IMG/VR virus record: IMGVR_UViG_3300033463_000097
Length of the DNA stretch: 64,000 bases
Strand: one strand, 5' to 3'
Origin: a virus
Below, piece after piece: positions 44,080 to 53,303 of this stretch (positions within the stretch are counted from its first letter, which is position 1; every line of letters starts with the position of its first letter). The notes under the pieces were generated by a model. It had not been told where the DNA came from. It saw only the letters and a list, made by a program, of their open reading frames with translations, and searched no databases. The position numbers and the translations under genes were made by a program.

Positions 44080-44373
44080 TTAATCTTCTTGAACATTAAT
44101 TTTTAATTCCCTATTATAAAAGGTTAATTCCCAATTAATTACCTGTGGGTATTTTTCTCTTATATAGGTAAATTCAAAATTCTTTTTTGCTAAATCATAT
44201 TTAACAAAAAATTCTTGGTACTCAGAAAAATATTTATCAAATAGTTTTTCGTTTACATCTGGCTTTTCGCTTAAAAAGTCTAGTAAATTTTTTCTAGATT
44301 CAACTTCATAACTTAAAGCTTCTAAGAAGTTTACAGTTTCTTCTCCTATTGTTTCTATATATGTTTTTATCAT
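44080..44373 (-). CDS. small hypothetical protein between the Cys-repeat protein and the radical-SAM enzyme (candidate recognition or chaperone component)
   Basis: 97-aa intact ORF whose stop abuts the radical-SAM ATG. Confidence 0.5.
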   Translation of the reverse strand: MIKTYIETIGEETVNFLEALSYEVESRKNLLDFLSEKPDVNEKLFDKYFSEYQEFFVKYDLAKKNFEFTYIREKYPQVINWELTFYNRELKINVQED

Positions 44374-44390
44374 AATAATCTCCTTTTATA

Positions 44391-45278
44391 TTATCCTACT
44401 CCTGCATTACTACTACATCCACCTTCACATCCAATGCCACAAGAGCCAGTGCATTGGTCATTACATGCAGTATAGCATCCACCAACACACTGAGTCCCAC
44501 ATCCACCTTGACAACTTCCTCTACACCCGAGGCATCCGGTAGTACATTGAGATAGACATGTATCTAAACACGAATCTAAGCATCCGTTTTCACAATTGCC
44601 ATAACAACTAGAATAACATTCTCCTTCGCATCCAGTAGTACAATCTTCTCCACACGATGTGTCACAGGAACCTGTGCATCCCCCAGTGCAATTTCCACCA
44701 CAGTTTACTTGACACCCAGAACCACATCCAGCTCCGCAAGCTCCTCCACAACCTGTCGCACAGCTTGTTCCACACTATCCAGTACATCCTGTTGCACATC
44801 CGGTGCCGCAAGTTGTACCACATCCACTACATGTTCCAGTGCTTTTCATACGACATACGCCAACACAGCCGCCGTAGCATAATCCTGTGCATCCACTTGA
44901 ACAATCTGTTCCATCCACATCACTTTGACTACCTCTAACTCTTGATGCATAAGTAGCAACATACTATTCCATTTCACCTACAAATGCTTCAGTAATTTTT
45001 GTTGTACCACCAGATGTAAGGGTTGTAGTTGCAGGATGTTGGTTATGAATTGCATTCATTGGAGTAGCAATTTCTTTATAGTGTGTAACAGTTATTTTTA
45101 CTCCTGCGGCAGGCGTTGTTGTAAAATTCCCGACCTAATTTGATACAGATTTTGATCCAGATGCTGAACCAATACCATCTCTTCTACTGCATTCATAGTT
45201 AATATCTGTTTTTAAGGTGGTAATTCTTTCTGCTGTTATTGTTTCACCAATTGCCACATACACCAACTCCTTTTTCAT
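44391..45278 (-). CDS. cysteine-repeat protein: ~115-aa N-terminal domain followed by about 43 Cys in tandem C-x3 units, 3 in-frame TAG
   Basis: The C-terminal half reads ...DCSSGCTGLCYGGCVGVCRMKSTGTCSGCGTTCGTGCATGCTGqCGTSCATGCGGACGAGCGSGCQVNCGGNCTGGCTGSCDTSCGEDCTTGCEGECYSSCYGNCENGCLDSCLDTCLSQCTTGCLGCRGSCQGGCGTQCVGGCYTACNDQCTGSCGIGCEGGCSSNAGVG. I checked the reverse complement by hand. The track does not list this ORF because it has no start codon after the last TAG. Confidence 0.7.
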
Positions 45279-45484
45279 ATTTTTTCTATATAAAATATAA
45301 AAAATAAATAAATTAAATTAAATATATATGTCCAATCTATTTCTATATATATTATAGCAAAAAAATACTAGAAAAGCAAGTTTTCTACATTTTTCTCAAA
45401 AAATTTGCTGACGCCTAAGCGCGCGGGGCAAGGGCCGTTCGCGAGGTCTGATTATAAAGAAGGAGAGGCTCAATTAAGAGCCTC

Positions 45485-46273
45485 TCAACCGTAATATCCA
45501 CCATCAGGCGGGTCGCGCTTATATTCTATCCCATTCGGGCATTTTATTTTATCTGAAATAACCGGTCCCGAGCAACTATTACCCTGCCATACGCACTTAT
45601 CACAATTTGATGATTTATAGTAATATAAATCCCAATTTGCTTCGACAAGACGTCTTTCTTCTTTAACTTTTGTTACTGCTGCTGATTCTTCTTCAATATC
45701 GAGAAAATCTTTACACTCTTTTACTTTTGCATACATTTCCTCAATAATATCATCAAGCAGCACTGGCTTGCAGTCATGGCTATCAACGCCAACGTGATAC
45801 ATATAAGGCATATCCATGTAGAAGTTTGTCTTTTGATGCGTATGACCGAAAAGGTTGAGAGTCATCTGCTTTAGACTTTCCTTTTCAAGATTGCCCGTCA
45901 ACGTGGGATAATGGCTCATATAGAAGTGATGCTTTTTATACTTGAGCGTATCGACATTGCTAACATCTTCCACATTGTCGAGATTCAGATATGCTTGTAT
46001 ACGCTTTTCAGTATCATGGTTACCGAGTACAATATGTAGATGGCCATGCATCTGACGAATCCACTCTAGACCACTTCTCATACTCTCTGCGCCGCCAAGC
46101 ATTAGGTCACCCAGGACGTACACTTCATCGTCGGGAGATACGAGAGTGTTGTGTCTTTCGACAAGTGCTATATTCATATCTTGAATGGATTCAAAACCAC
46201 GCGGTTTCCAGATGAATTCTCTATCGTGGTTAAAATGCCAGTCGCTAGTTACCCAAATCTTAGGTTCAGCCAC
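45485..46273 (-). CDS. calcineurin-like metallophosphoesterase (phosphatase component of a kinase-phosphatase pair)
   Basis: MPP motifs are present (DWHFNHD, GDLMLGG, GNHD, GHTH). Confidence 0.75.
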   Translation of the reverse strand: MAEPKIWVTSDWHFNHDREFIWKPRGFESIQDMNIALVERHNTLVSPDDEVYVLGDLMLGGAESMRSGLEWIRQMHGHLHIVLGNHDTEKRIQAYLNLDNVEDVSNVDTLKYKKHHFYMSHYPTLTGNLEKESLKQMTLNLFGHTHQKTNFYMDMPYMYHVGVDSHDCKPVLLDDIIEEMYAKVKECKDFLDIEEESAAVTKVKEERRLVEANWDLYYYKSSNCDKCVWQGNSCSGPVISDKIKCPNGIEYKRDPPDGGYYG

Positions 46274-46757
46274 GATGCATCTCCTCCTCTGCTCCGTCTT
46301 CGTAGATGTTCTTAATCATGTGGTAAGTATAGGGGTCGCTAAGAGGGTGCGTCAGAGTGCCGCGCATTTGATAGATGACCTTAGTGGGGACTTGTGCCAG
46401 TCCCTCACGACCAGAATTGCGTTCCACGCAAGTTTCCACAGCGGTCTTAAAGACAATGCAACTCACATCTACGCCTTCCAGATTCAGATGACTAATGAGT
46501 TTGTTGCGCGAAGCCCAGTTCAGATGAGTAGCATCCGCAATCACATCTTCTCCGTGGTCCAGATGATACTGAATTTCGTGCAAAAACTTGGAATAAACCA
46601 TGCGCTCATGCTTAAAATACTCTTCGTCACGCTTCAGCAACTGGAAACGAATTGCATCACGAGAGACATATGCGGCATCGCCCTGATTCTTTTTAGCCCA
46701 ATAGGACTTGCCGCTACCCGGCAGACCGACAAGTATCCACAGATTCTTGTGCTTCAT
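46266..46757 (-). CDS. P-loop polynucleotide kinase-like protein (AAA_33)
   Basis: Walker A WILVGLPGSGKSYWA. It overlaps the phosphoesterase gene. Confidence 0.65.
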   Translation of the reverse strand: MKHKNLWILVGLPGSGKSYWAKKNQGDAAYVSRDAIRFQLLKRDEEYFKHERMVYSKFLHEIQYHLDHGEDVIADATHLNWASRNKLISHLNLEGVDVSCIVFKTAVETCVERNSGREGLAQVPTKVIYQMRGTLTHPLSDPYTYHMIKNIYEDGAEEEMHRG

Positions 46758-46968
46758 CTTTATACACCCCATTCTCAAAATTTTCTAGGAATTCCTCTTT
46801 TTCTTCACTGTTACGCACCTCAATATGATTGACCTCTACTTTACAGTAGGGACAATACAATTTTTTTCGGTGCATTGCTCCATGTAGGTATCCCGCTTTT
46901 CGTCTCAGCGGGATACCTGGTCGGCCGCAAAGCAAACAGTAAAACTGATGTTCTTCATATTTAGCCAT
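46714..46968 (-). CDS. small zinc-ribbon protein
   Basis: Cysteine pairs CLLCG...CPYC. Confidence 0.4.
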   Translation of the reverse strand: MAKYEEHQFYCLLCGRPGIPLRRKAGYLHGAMHRKKLYCPYCKVEVNHIEVRNSEEKEEFLENFENGVYKDEAQESVDTCRSAG

Positions 46969-46969
46969 A

Positions 46970-47194
46970 TCATTTATCCTTCTTTGTAGTGATACGCGCT
47001 CCAGGAAGAAGGATATGAAGCAGAATCATCAGCCCATAAAACTGCCAGAAGGTAAGAGCAGGAAGGCCAAAAATATTGACCATAATTGCTCCCCAAAGCA
47101 GCATGCCAATCCACGCGCCAAAAAGCGCCAGGATAAGAGAAATGACAATAACGCCGATTGCGATACCGACCGCTTCCCAATCAGAGGATCTCAT
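46970..47194 (-). CDS. small membrane protein (two TM helices)
   Basis: A hydrophobic 74-aa ORF sitting behind a strong promoter. Confidence 0.45.
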   Translation of the reverse strand: MRSSDWEAVGIAIGVIVISLILALFGAWIGMLLWGAIMVNIFGLPALTFWQFYGLMILLHILLPGARITTKKDK

Positions 47195-47227
47195 TTAATA
47201 ACAACTCCTTTTTCATTTTCTATATAT

Positions 47228-47256
47228 ATTATATCATATTTTTTTATAAAAATCAA
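47228..47256 (-). promoter_or_regulatory. sigmaA-type promoter TTGATT-17-TGaTATAAT
   Basis: Consensus elements. The upstream terminator hairpin (gcctcct..aggaggc) abuts the -35 element. Confidence 0.6.
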
Positions 47257-47289
47257 ATAAGCCTCCTAGCAACCAGGAGGCTTATATTT

Positions 47290-47481
47290 TTATTTATATT
47301 GTTTATTTAATTCTCCATGACAGAAGTATAGCCGAATTTCATTGCTTGGTTCATGATTATTCACATTACCATCTTTGAAAATTTCAAGACGACAATTTGA
47401 ACCTTGAATGGGTCTTAACTGCCAGGCTTCATATTCAGATCTTGACATAAGAAGTTCAATAAAAAATTCTAAATCGCTCAT
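47290..47481 (-). CDS. hypothetical protein
   Basis: 63-aa ORF. Confidence 0.35.
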   Translation of the reverse strand: MSDLEFFIELLMSRSEYEAWQLRPIQGSNCRLEIFKDGNVNNHEPSNEIRLYFCHGELNKQYK

Positions 47482-48425
47482 TCTGTCAAATCAATCATAT
47501 AATTACTACTATCTCCAAGAACTGTACTCGGCAGCACGCCATCCCACTGCTTAATCCAATAGTAGTTAATAAGATCTGGTGTCAATGCGGCCGCAATACG
47601 CTCGTTCATATTGGCTTCGCGCTCACCGGCATACAGAGCCGCGTCTGCCTGAACCTTGACAACTTCAAGGTCTGCTTTCGCTGCAATAATGTCCTGTTCA
47701 GCCTTGGCGTTTGCTGCAATAATAGCGCGTTCCGCTTCTGCTTCTTGCTCCATTGTTTTCTGCGCCTGCTGGGTTTCTGCTGTCAGTTTGTTCTGTGCTG
47801 CAACTTGTTTTGCTTCAACAGCCGAAGTAAAAGCATCGGTAAAGTCAAGGTCTTCAACAGCGATTGAAATAATTTGAATCCCATATCCCTGCATATCTTC
47901 TCGCATCAAATCAACAATGGAAGAAGATAGGATTTCTCGTTTTGAAATTAGGTTTTCCGCAGTATATTGAGAGAAGATTGCCTTCGTATTCTCCTGGATG
48001 CGAGGGTACATAATGCTTTCATAGTAATTCTTACCAACGGTACGATACAATTCTCGCGCAGTCTGCTGGTCGATACAATAGTTTACTGACATAATAATAT
48101 CGACCTGCTGGATATCACTAGAAAACGCGGAAGTTGTGATTTCTACCTTCTGGGCTCGATTATCCATTGTTACAACTCTCTGCCAAGGAGCAATAAAGTT
48201 GATACCAGCACTTACTGTACGCTCTTCAACTGCTCCAAACGTCGTTAAAATACCAGTATATCCAGTCGGTACGATACCAATACAACTAACAATAAAAAGA
48301 ATAATTGCTATAATTAAAAATACTACTCCAACAACTTTTGGAACTGATTCTTTTATAGCAATACCCCATACGAATGCAACAATTGCTCCAATAATAAGCA
48401 GAATTGCAAGAATAAACCAAATCAT
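47478..48425 (-). CDS. SPFH/band-7 domain membrane protein
   Basis: An N-terminal TM helix, an SPFH core and a coiled-coil tail (AEAERAIIAANAKAEQD). Confidence 0.65.
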   Translation of the reverse strand: MIWFILAILLIIGAIVAFVWGIAIKESVPKVVGVVFLIIAIILFIVSCIGIVPTGYTGILTTFGAVEERTVSAGINFIAPWQRVVTMDNRAQKVEITTSAFSSDIQQVDIIMSVNYCIDQQTARELYRTVGKNYYESIMYPRIQENTKAIFSQYTAENLISKREILSSSIVDLMREDMQGYGIQIISIAVEDLDFTDAFTSAVEAKQVAAQNKLTAETQQAQKTMEQEAEAERAIIAANAKAEQDIIAAKADLEVVKVQADAALYAGEREANMNERIAAALTPDLINYYWIKQWDGVLPSTVLGDSSNYMIDLTE

Positions 48426-48440
48426 TATTTTTCTCCTTTT

Positions 48441-48821
48441 TTAATTTTTTGTACAGGTTGGGCCACCTGGTGCATATAGATTATAGAACATACATTCTGA
48501 TTGAACACAGGGAAGAAATTCCTCTTCCATCCACTCTGCTCTTGGAAGATTCAGCATAACTTTTTCTCCTTCGATATGAGTAGCATAATCATTCTGATAG
48601 AAGATAGTCTTCTTGCGAAAAGGACAGAGCTTTGGCTTTATTGGCTCAGGTTGAGAAATTGCTGTAGTAGAGGGTTGGGACCAATCCGGCTGAGGATCTC
48701 CAGTTCCTCCGTTGCTCTTAAACGGTTTCCACGGGTAAGGGTAATCATCTTCTCTGAAGGTAGGAGCTTGTGGAAGTTCCATTTCTTCTTTTGAAACAAT
48801 TAAATTATCTGGATTATACAT
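48441..48821 (-). CDS. hypothetical protein
   Basis: 126-aa ORF. Confidence 0.4.
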   Translation of the reverse strand: MYNPDNLIVSKEEMELPQAPTFREDDYPYPWKPFKSNGGTGDPQPDWSQPSTTAISQPEPIKPKLCPFRKKTIFYQNDYATHIEGEKVMLNLPRAEWMEEEFLPCVQSECMFYNLYAPGGPTCTKN

Positions 48822-49109
48822 TTATTCACCATCCATTTTTGCGCCACAGTTGGGACAATAGTTATGTGCAAATTGATGTAAAGCTCCAAGATATATTTCT
48901 TCACCGCATTTACTGCATAGAGCAATATCATCTTGTGGAGAATATTTTAATATTCCATGTATTACTGGCGCTACATCTGCGGCTGGTATGTTTTTTATTT
49001 CTTCTAATGCCCACTTAGTCTCTACTTCAATATAAGAAGCGTTACAGGACCAGTCTATAAGAGTTTCTTTAAGTGTGTCTTTGGTTACATATTCATCCAT
49101 TTTCTTCAT
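48822..49109 (-). CDS. hypothetical zinc-ribbon protein
   Basis: Contains CSKCGEE...CPNCG. Confidence 0.4.
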   Translation of the reverse strand: MKKMDEYVTKDTLKETLIDWSCNASYIEVETKWALEEIKNIPAADVAPVIHGILKYSPQDDIALCSKCGEEIYLGALHQFAHNYCPNCGAKMDGE

Positions 49110-49275
49110 CCTCTCTTTCTAAAAAACACGGACAAGGTTCATCTTTATCGGTAAGTGAATACTTGCCACAATGATAGGTATGATTTCCGTCCATATACAG
49201 AGAGAAAACATGGATATTCTCACAGCGCTGACATTGCGCTGCAAGTTCATCCCAATGTCCTTGACAGTATATCAT
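49093..49275 (-). CDS. hypothetical Cys/His-rich small protein
   Basis: 60-aa ORF. Confidence 0.35.
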   Translation of the reverse strand: MIYCQGHWDELAAQCQRCENIHVFSLYMDGNHTYHCGKYSLTDKDEPCPCFLEREDEENG

Positions 49276-49295
49276 TTTTGAACCTCCGCTTCATC

Positions 49296-49538
49296 TTACG
49301 CTACAGGCATAGGTCCAACCGGTTCTGCGGGCAACGCTCTTACCTGCTCAATGATGCTATTCAATACTTGCTCAGTTTCATCTGAACAAGCACAGAACTC
49401 ACCAAAGACAATATCAAAGATACTGTCTTTGGTGACATATTCGGGGGTTGGATGCTCTGTTTTCTGAATCAGTCTGTCTATGGCAGAATCTAATTCATCT
49501 ATGCAGGCACAGAACTTATCTAATTCGGCATCATTCAT
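49296..49538 (-). CDS. hypothetical protein
   Basis: 80-aa ORF. Confidence 0.35.
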   Translation of the reverse strand: MNDAELDKFCACIDELDSAIDRLIQKTEHPTPEYVTKDSIFDIVFGEFCACSDETEQVLNSIIEQVRALPAEPVGPMPVA

Positions 49539-49643
49539 CCTGAACCTCCTGGGCCTCTTTTATTTTATTCATAAGATAATCATAACTCATTTTATCAATT
49601 TCCCAATATGGAATTCTAACTAAAGGAGGCTAATCAATTAATC

Positions 49644-50987
49644 TCAAATGTCCTGTGCTTCCTCGCCAATTAGTTCCTCTCGCTCCTCCATATCAGGCTC
49701 GGCCGCAAGGTCCTTGGCCAGGCCTTCGAGAACCTTGAAACTAAAGTTCTTATGCTTGTAGGCGCAGAACTTCGGACGGTTTACAATGCGGATAACAACG
49801 CCCTCGCGCACGTGAGTCTTGCCGATAGGGTCGGGACCATCGTAAAACATTTCTGCCATCTCCTTGACATAGTTGCCGGGAGATGCCCAGCCGCCGCAGT
49901 TATCGGGGATAATGCCGCGGAACAGAAGAGGAACGCAGTTAGCGCCCATCTGCTCGCAGCGATAGCGTAGATAGTCAGGCGGATACTCTGTAACGTCGCC
50001 ATCCTCATTGGTAATGGTCATACGATAGACATAGCAGGCGGACTGAGGAGGCTCGCAGCCATAAGAGAAAACAGTAGTCTTGCCATACTGCTTAGAGAAC
50101 TCCTTATCAGAAATCTTGCTGTTGGAAACAGAAGGCATGATAGGAGCGCCGGTGTCGGTAAAGCCGACAATCTCGTAGTAGACAGTCTCACCCTTGCGCA
50201 GCTTACCCTCGAAGAACTTTGCGTGCGGCGCACGGAACGCATTATTGCCGTAATATCCGCCATCATCGAAGTCATTGAGAACAACACGGCGAGTTCCGGT
50301 TACATAGCCCCAGTCATAGATGGGAGTACCCTCACGACGGAAAATCTTGTCCCAGAAAGTGCGCTTGTAACCCTGGAACTTAGGCAGATAGCCAGTACGT
50401 CCAGAAGTACCATGCATCTTCAAAGTAATCTCAATCAGATCCTTCTCTTTGAACGCACCGAGGTTATATGCCAACTGCTCAGTATCGGCGTGCTCTGCAA
50501 ACAGAGGAGCCAGAGGGACACTCTTTTTGCGAGTACGATTACCCTCACTGACATGACCCTGACGAATATTGCTCTTCGGGATATACTTACGGCAAATTTC
50601 ATGCCCGTTCAGCATCTCAATCTTATCACCGACCTCGAACTTGGTCTCGCCAGTGTAAGCCAGAGACTCAAGCGGCATATACAGCCCTTCGGACTTCTCG
50701 CCGCGCAACTTCATCGCGCGAATATTGCGCTTATCGGGGTCAAGATAACCACCGATGTTATTTCCATTTTCGTCCTTTTTACGGACAAGGTTATTCTGAG
50801 CGCAGTACTCCTCGCTCAACTGGAGGTCGATAGGGAAGTATACTCCGATATCGCCAACCTTAACATCCAGACCAACGATAACAGAAGCGCCGAAGATAGT
50901 CGCAATCTGAAGACGGTCTGCATTAGAGTGCGGACTCAACTCTGCGATTTTTACAACGTAGCCAACATGCTCGCTCATTTTTATCAC
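49644..50987 (-). CDS. ATP-dependent RNA ligase (Rnl2-like KxHG nucleotidyltransferase) with an N-terminal tRNA-binding OB domain; GC-rich gene
   Basis: The N-terminal region reads VVKIAELSPHSNADRLQIATI (tRNA-binding domain-like) and motif I is KMHGTSGR (T4 Rnl2 has KIHGTN). The gene is ~55% GC, carries a long antisense ORF and has no TAG. Confidence 0.6.
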   Translation of the reverse strand: MIKMSEHVGYVVKIAELSPHSNADRLQIATIFGASVIVGLDVKVGDIGVYFPIDLQLSEEYCAQNNLVRKKDENGNNIGGYLDPDKRNIRAMKLRGEKSEGLYMPLESLAYTGETKFEVGDKIEMLNGHEICRKYIPKSNIRQGHVSEGNRTRKKSVPLAPLFAEHADTEQLAYNLGAFKEKDLIEITLKMHGTSGRTGYLPKFQGYKRTFWDKIFRREGTPIYDWGYVTGTRRVVLNDFDDGGYYGNNAFRAPHAKFFEGKLRKGETVYYEIVGFTDTGAPIMPSVSNSKISDKEFSKQYGKTTVFSYGCEPPQSACYVYRMTITNEDGDVTEYPPDYLRYRCEQMGANCVPLLFRGIIPDNCGGWASPGNYVKEMAEMFYDGPDPIGKTHVREGVVIRIVNRPKFCAYKHKNFSFKVLEGLAKDLAAEPDMEEREELIGEEAQDI

Positions 50988-51007
50988 TCCTTTATTTTTC
51001 TATATAT

Positions 51008-51036
51008 ATTATATCATTTTTTTTTATAAAAATCAA
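51008..51036 (-). promoter_or_regulatory. sigmaA-type promoter TTGATT-17-TGaTATAAT
   Basis: Consensus elements upstream of the RNA ligase. Confidence 0.6.
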
Positions 51037-51046
51037 GAGGGGAATT

Positions 51047-51316
51047 TTAATTCCCCTCTATAAGATAATGTTTGTAGATTGTGTCGATTTCTATCTGCGC
51101 AATGTCATCAATATAGAAATCTTCGCGGCGAGGGTCATCATCATCCCAGGTATTAACAATATCATGATGTTTATCTAGCCAATCATCAATACCTTCATTA
51201 ATTGATGCGCCATACCAATCCCAATTATCAACTCCACCGCTTTCAAGATAACTAAGTTTAATTGAATCTTGAAGCATATTTTTTAATACATCTTCTGCAA
51301 TTTTATAATATCTCAT
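51047..51316 (-). CDS. hypothetical acidic protein
   Basis: 89-aa ORF. Confidence 0.4.
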   Translation of the reverse strand: MRYYKIAEDVLKNMLQDSIKLSYLESGGVDNWDWYGASINEGIDDWLDKHHDIVNTWDDDDPRREDFYIDDIAQIEIDTIYKHYLIEGN

Positions 51317-51585
51317 CTGAATCCCTGAGCCTCCAGTTGTGACATAGCCATATATAGCATACGCCCTGACTTACTTTTGGTTTTCTCAACCATACCCATT
51401 TCAACAAGTTCATTGAGACATCGTGCCATTTTCTGACTTGTCTGGCCAGCGAGACTTACACGCTGCGCGCAAATTTCATTGATAGTCAATGCTACTGGAC
51501 TTTCATTTAGAACATCCAATGCGTCTAGGGTGATTGCTTGCGTCTGTTCCTTAGTGTATTTTGATGTTTTTCTATATGCTGGCAT
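51313..51585 (-). CDS. winged-helix DNA-binding protein
   Basis: A wHTH is predicted (MARCLNELVEMGMVEKTKSKSGRMLYMA). Confidence 0.45.
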   Translation of the reverse strand: MPAYRKTSKYTKEQTQAITLDALDVLNESPVALTINEICAQRVSLAGQTSQKMARCLNELVEMGMVEKTKSKSGRMLYMAMSQLEAQGFR

Positions 51586-51586
51586 G

Positions 51587-51703
51587 TTACTTCTCCTTAT
51601 GATTTTTATGCTGCCGTTCAGTGATGAATGAGCCTAGCGCCATTCCCGCAAAAAATAGGACGAGCGCCGCACAGCCCGCTACAAAATACAAATATACATT
51701 CAT
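51587..51703 (-). CDS. very small membrane peptide (MNVYLYFVAGCAALVLFFAGMALGSFITERQHKNHKEK)
   Basis: Sits between a promoter and the wHTH gene; the stop overlaps the next ATG. Confidence 0.35.
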   Translation of the reverse strand: MNVYLYFVAGCAALVLFFAGMALGSFITERQHKNHKEK

Positions 51704-51731
51704 AAACAACATTCCTTTACTTTATATATCT

Positions 51732-51760
51732 ATTATATCATATTTTTTATATAAAGTCAA
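51732..51760 (-). promoter_or_regulatory. sigmaA-type promoter TTGACT-17-TGaTATAAT
   Basis: Exact consensus elements. Confidence 0.6.
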
Positions 51761-52668
51761 AGACAAGGCCATTTTGAACTTTCATTTACCGGTTTCCAAC
51801 CTAAACATTTATTGTTTTCATCTACATGGTCGCACATACATCCACCAAACCACCCACAATTATCACAGGTCTAGTCGTCATCAATGTGAAAATATGGACT
51901 TTTTATAAGCCACCAGTCTAATTCGCCAGTTGCATCATAGTTTTGCCACCGATGCCAAATATCATCAATATTTTCTGTATCTTTGAAAAACTGCTCTACA
52001 TGCGGTCTCTCCAGGCGGTCGGCATGATAATGTCCGAAACACCAGATATTTCCAATCATATTATGTTTAATGTTTTCAAGAAAAATTTCCATTTTCTTTT
52101 CAACTTTGCTTTGGTCAATAAAGCCTAGAAACAAATCGGTTGGCTCCCATTGAATTGGGCAAGTATGAGTTAGCATGAAATCAACTTTTTGATTGGAAAA
52201 ATATTGAAGTGCTGCGCTCATTTCATACGAATCTAGTTGTTCGTCTTGAAACCATTGTGCACCACGCTCTAAACGATAGAATTTATCAACCGAGTATGCG
52301 CCACCAATAATACCAATTTTATAATTGAGAATGTAGTAGATGCCAAAATCTCTAAAATATCTAATATTAGGCCACCGCGGTTGATAATAAACCTCGCCAT
52401 TTACATCGCGGTCATAGACCATTTCCATACCGTCAACATTCTGCGGCCGCGCCTCATGGTTCCCACGAACACAATAAATTTTAAATTTATAAGTTTTACT
52501 TATTTTATTTTTAAGATGACTGTCTCTGTCATCGAGAAAATAGTTAAATCCTGCGTCGCCAAGGATAATTACCGCAGTGTTTTCATCCTGTTGGATTTCT
52601 TTATCATAGTTGCGAAAACGAGAAAAATCAGCATGAGTGTCTCCCGTAATCAGCACTTTATTAATCAT
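51757..52668 (-). CDS. second calcineurin-like metallophosphoesterase with a Cys-rich C-terminal tail, 1 in-frame TAG
   Basis: MPP motifs ITGDTHAD, ILGDAGFNY, VRGNHE and GHYHAD. The track stop at 51871 is cta (TAG on minus), and the frame continues through CDNCGWFGGCMCDH. Confidence 0.7.
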
Positions 52669-52768
52669 TTTATCACATACTTTCTATAAAAATACTCCCA
52701 AAGGGTATGATAAAGAAAGATGCTATTCAAAGCATATTCATCATACCATTTCATTTTTTTAATCCTCC

Positions 52769-53173
52769 TTATTTATTATACCATGCTACAAAAGTAGTTC
52801 CTTTTGGATATCTATACGGACGACTCCAATTAATGGGACCGAGTTCTTCTCCACCAAAAGCAATATAATCTCCCTGTCCATCATAGGCGTTGAAAGATCC
52901 ATTTTCTACCATTTTGGCAAATATATCCGCTAAAAATAATTCTCCAAAAGTAAATTTTTTGTTGTAAACAAGATAAATCATTTGTTCACACAACTGTTGA
53001 AGTTGTTCCTTTTCTTCAGTAGCATTATATGTTTTATCTTTTTGTTTATTTTCTTCTATCAACGCTGCTGAATAATAAAATTGATTAAGAATACTATTAA
53101 TCATATAAGAATCAGGTTTTTCCATTATCATACTCCCATTTATACCAGTCATAAATTTCTTCTGGTGAATCAA
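52769..53173 (-). CDS. hypothetical protein
   Basis: 134-aa ORF. Confidence 0.4.
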   Translation of the reverse strand: MIHQKKFMTGINGSMIMEKPDSYMINSILNQFYYSAALIEENKQKDKTYNATEEKEQLQQLCEQMIYLVYNKKFTFGELFLADIFAKMVENGSFNAYDGQGDYIAFGGEELGPINWSRPYRYPKGTTFVAWYNK

Positions 53174-53303
53174 AAACTTGTTTAGTAGTCCAACCGCAAT
53201 GAGTGCAAACAGGATAATAATACACCAGTAAAGAATGCCAATTAATGTTTTTAGCGATATATAGTTGAGTTTTGCATTTGGGGCAGTAAATTTTTTTATT
53301 CAT
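53112..53303 (-). CDS. small zinc-ribbon protein
   Basis: Contains CPKC...CTHCG. Confidence 0.35.
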   Translation of the reverse strand: MNKKIYCPKCKTQLYIAKNINWHSLLVYYYPVCTHCGWTTKQVFDSPEEIYDWYKWEYDNGKT

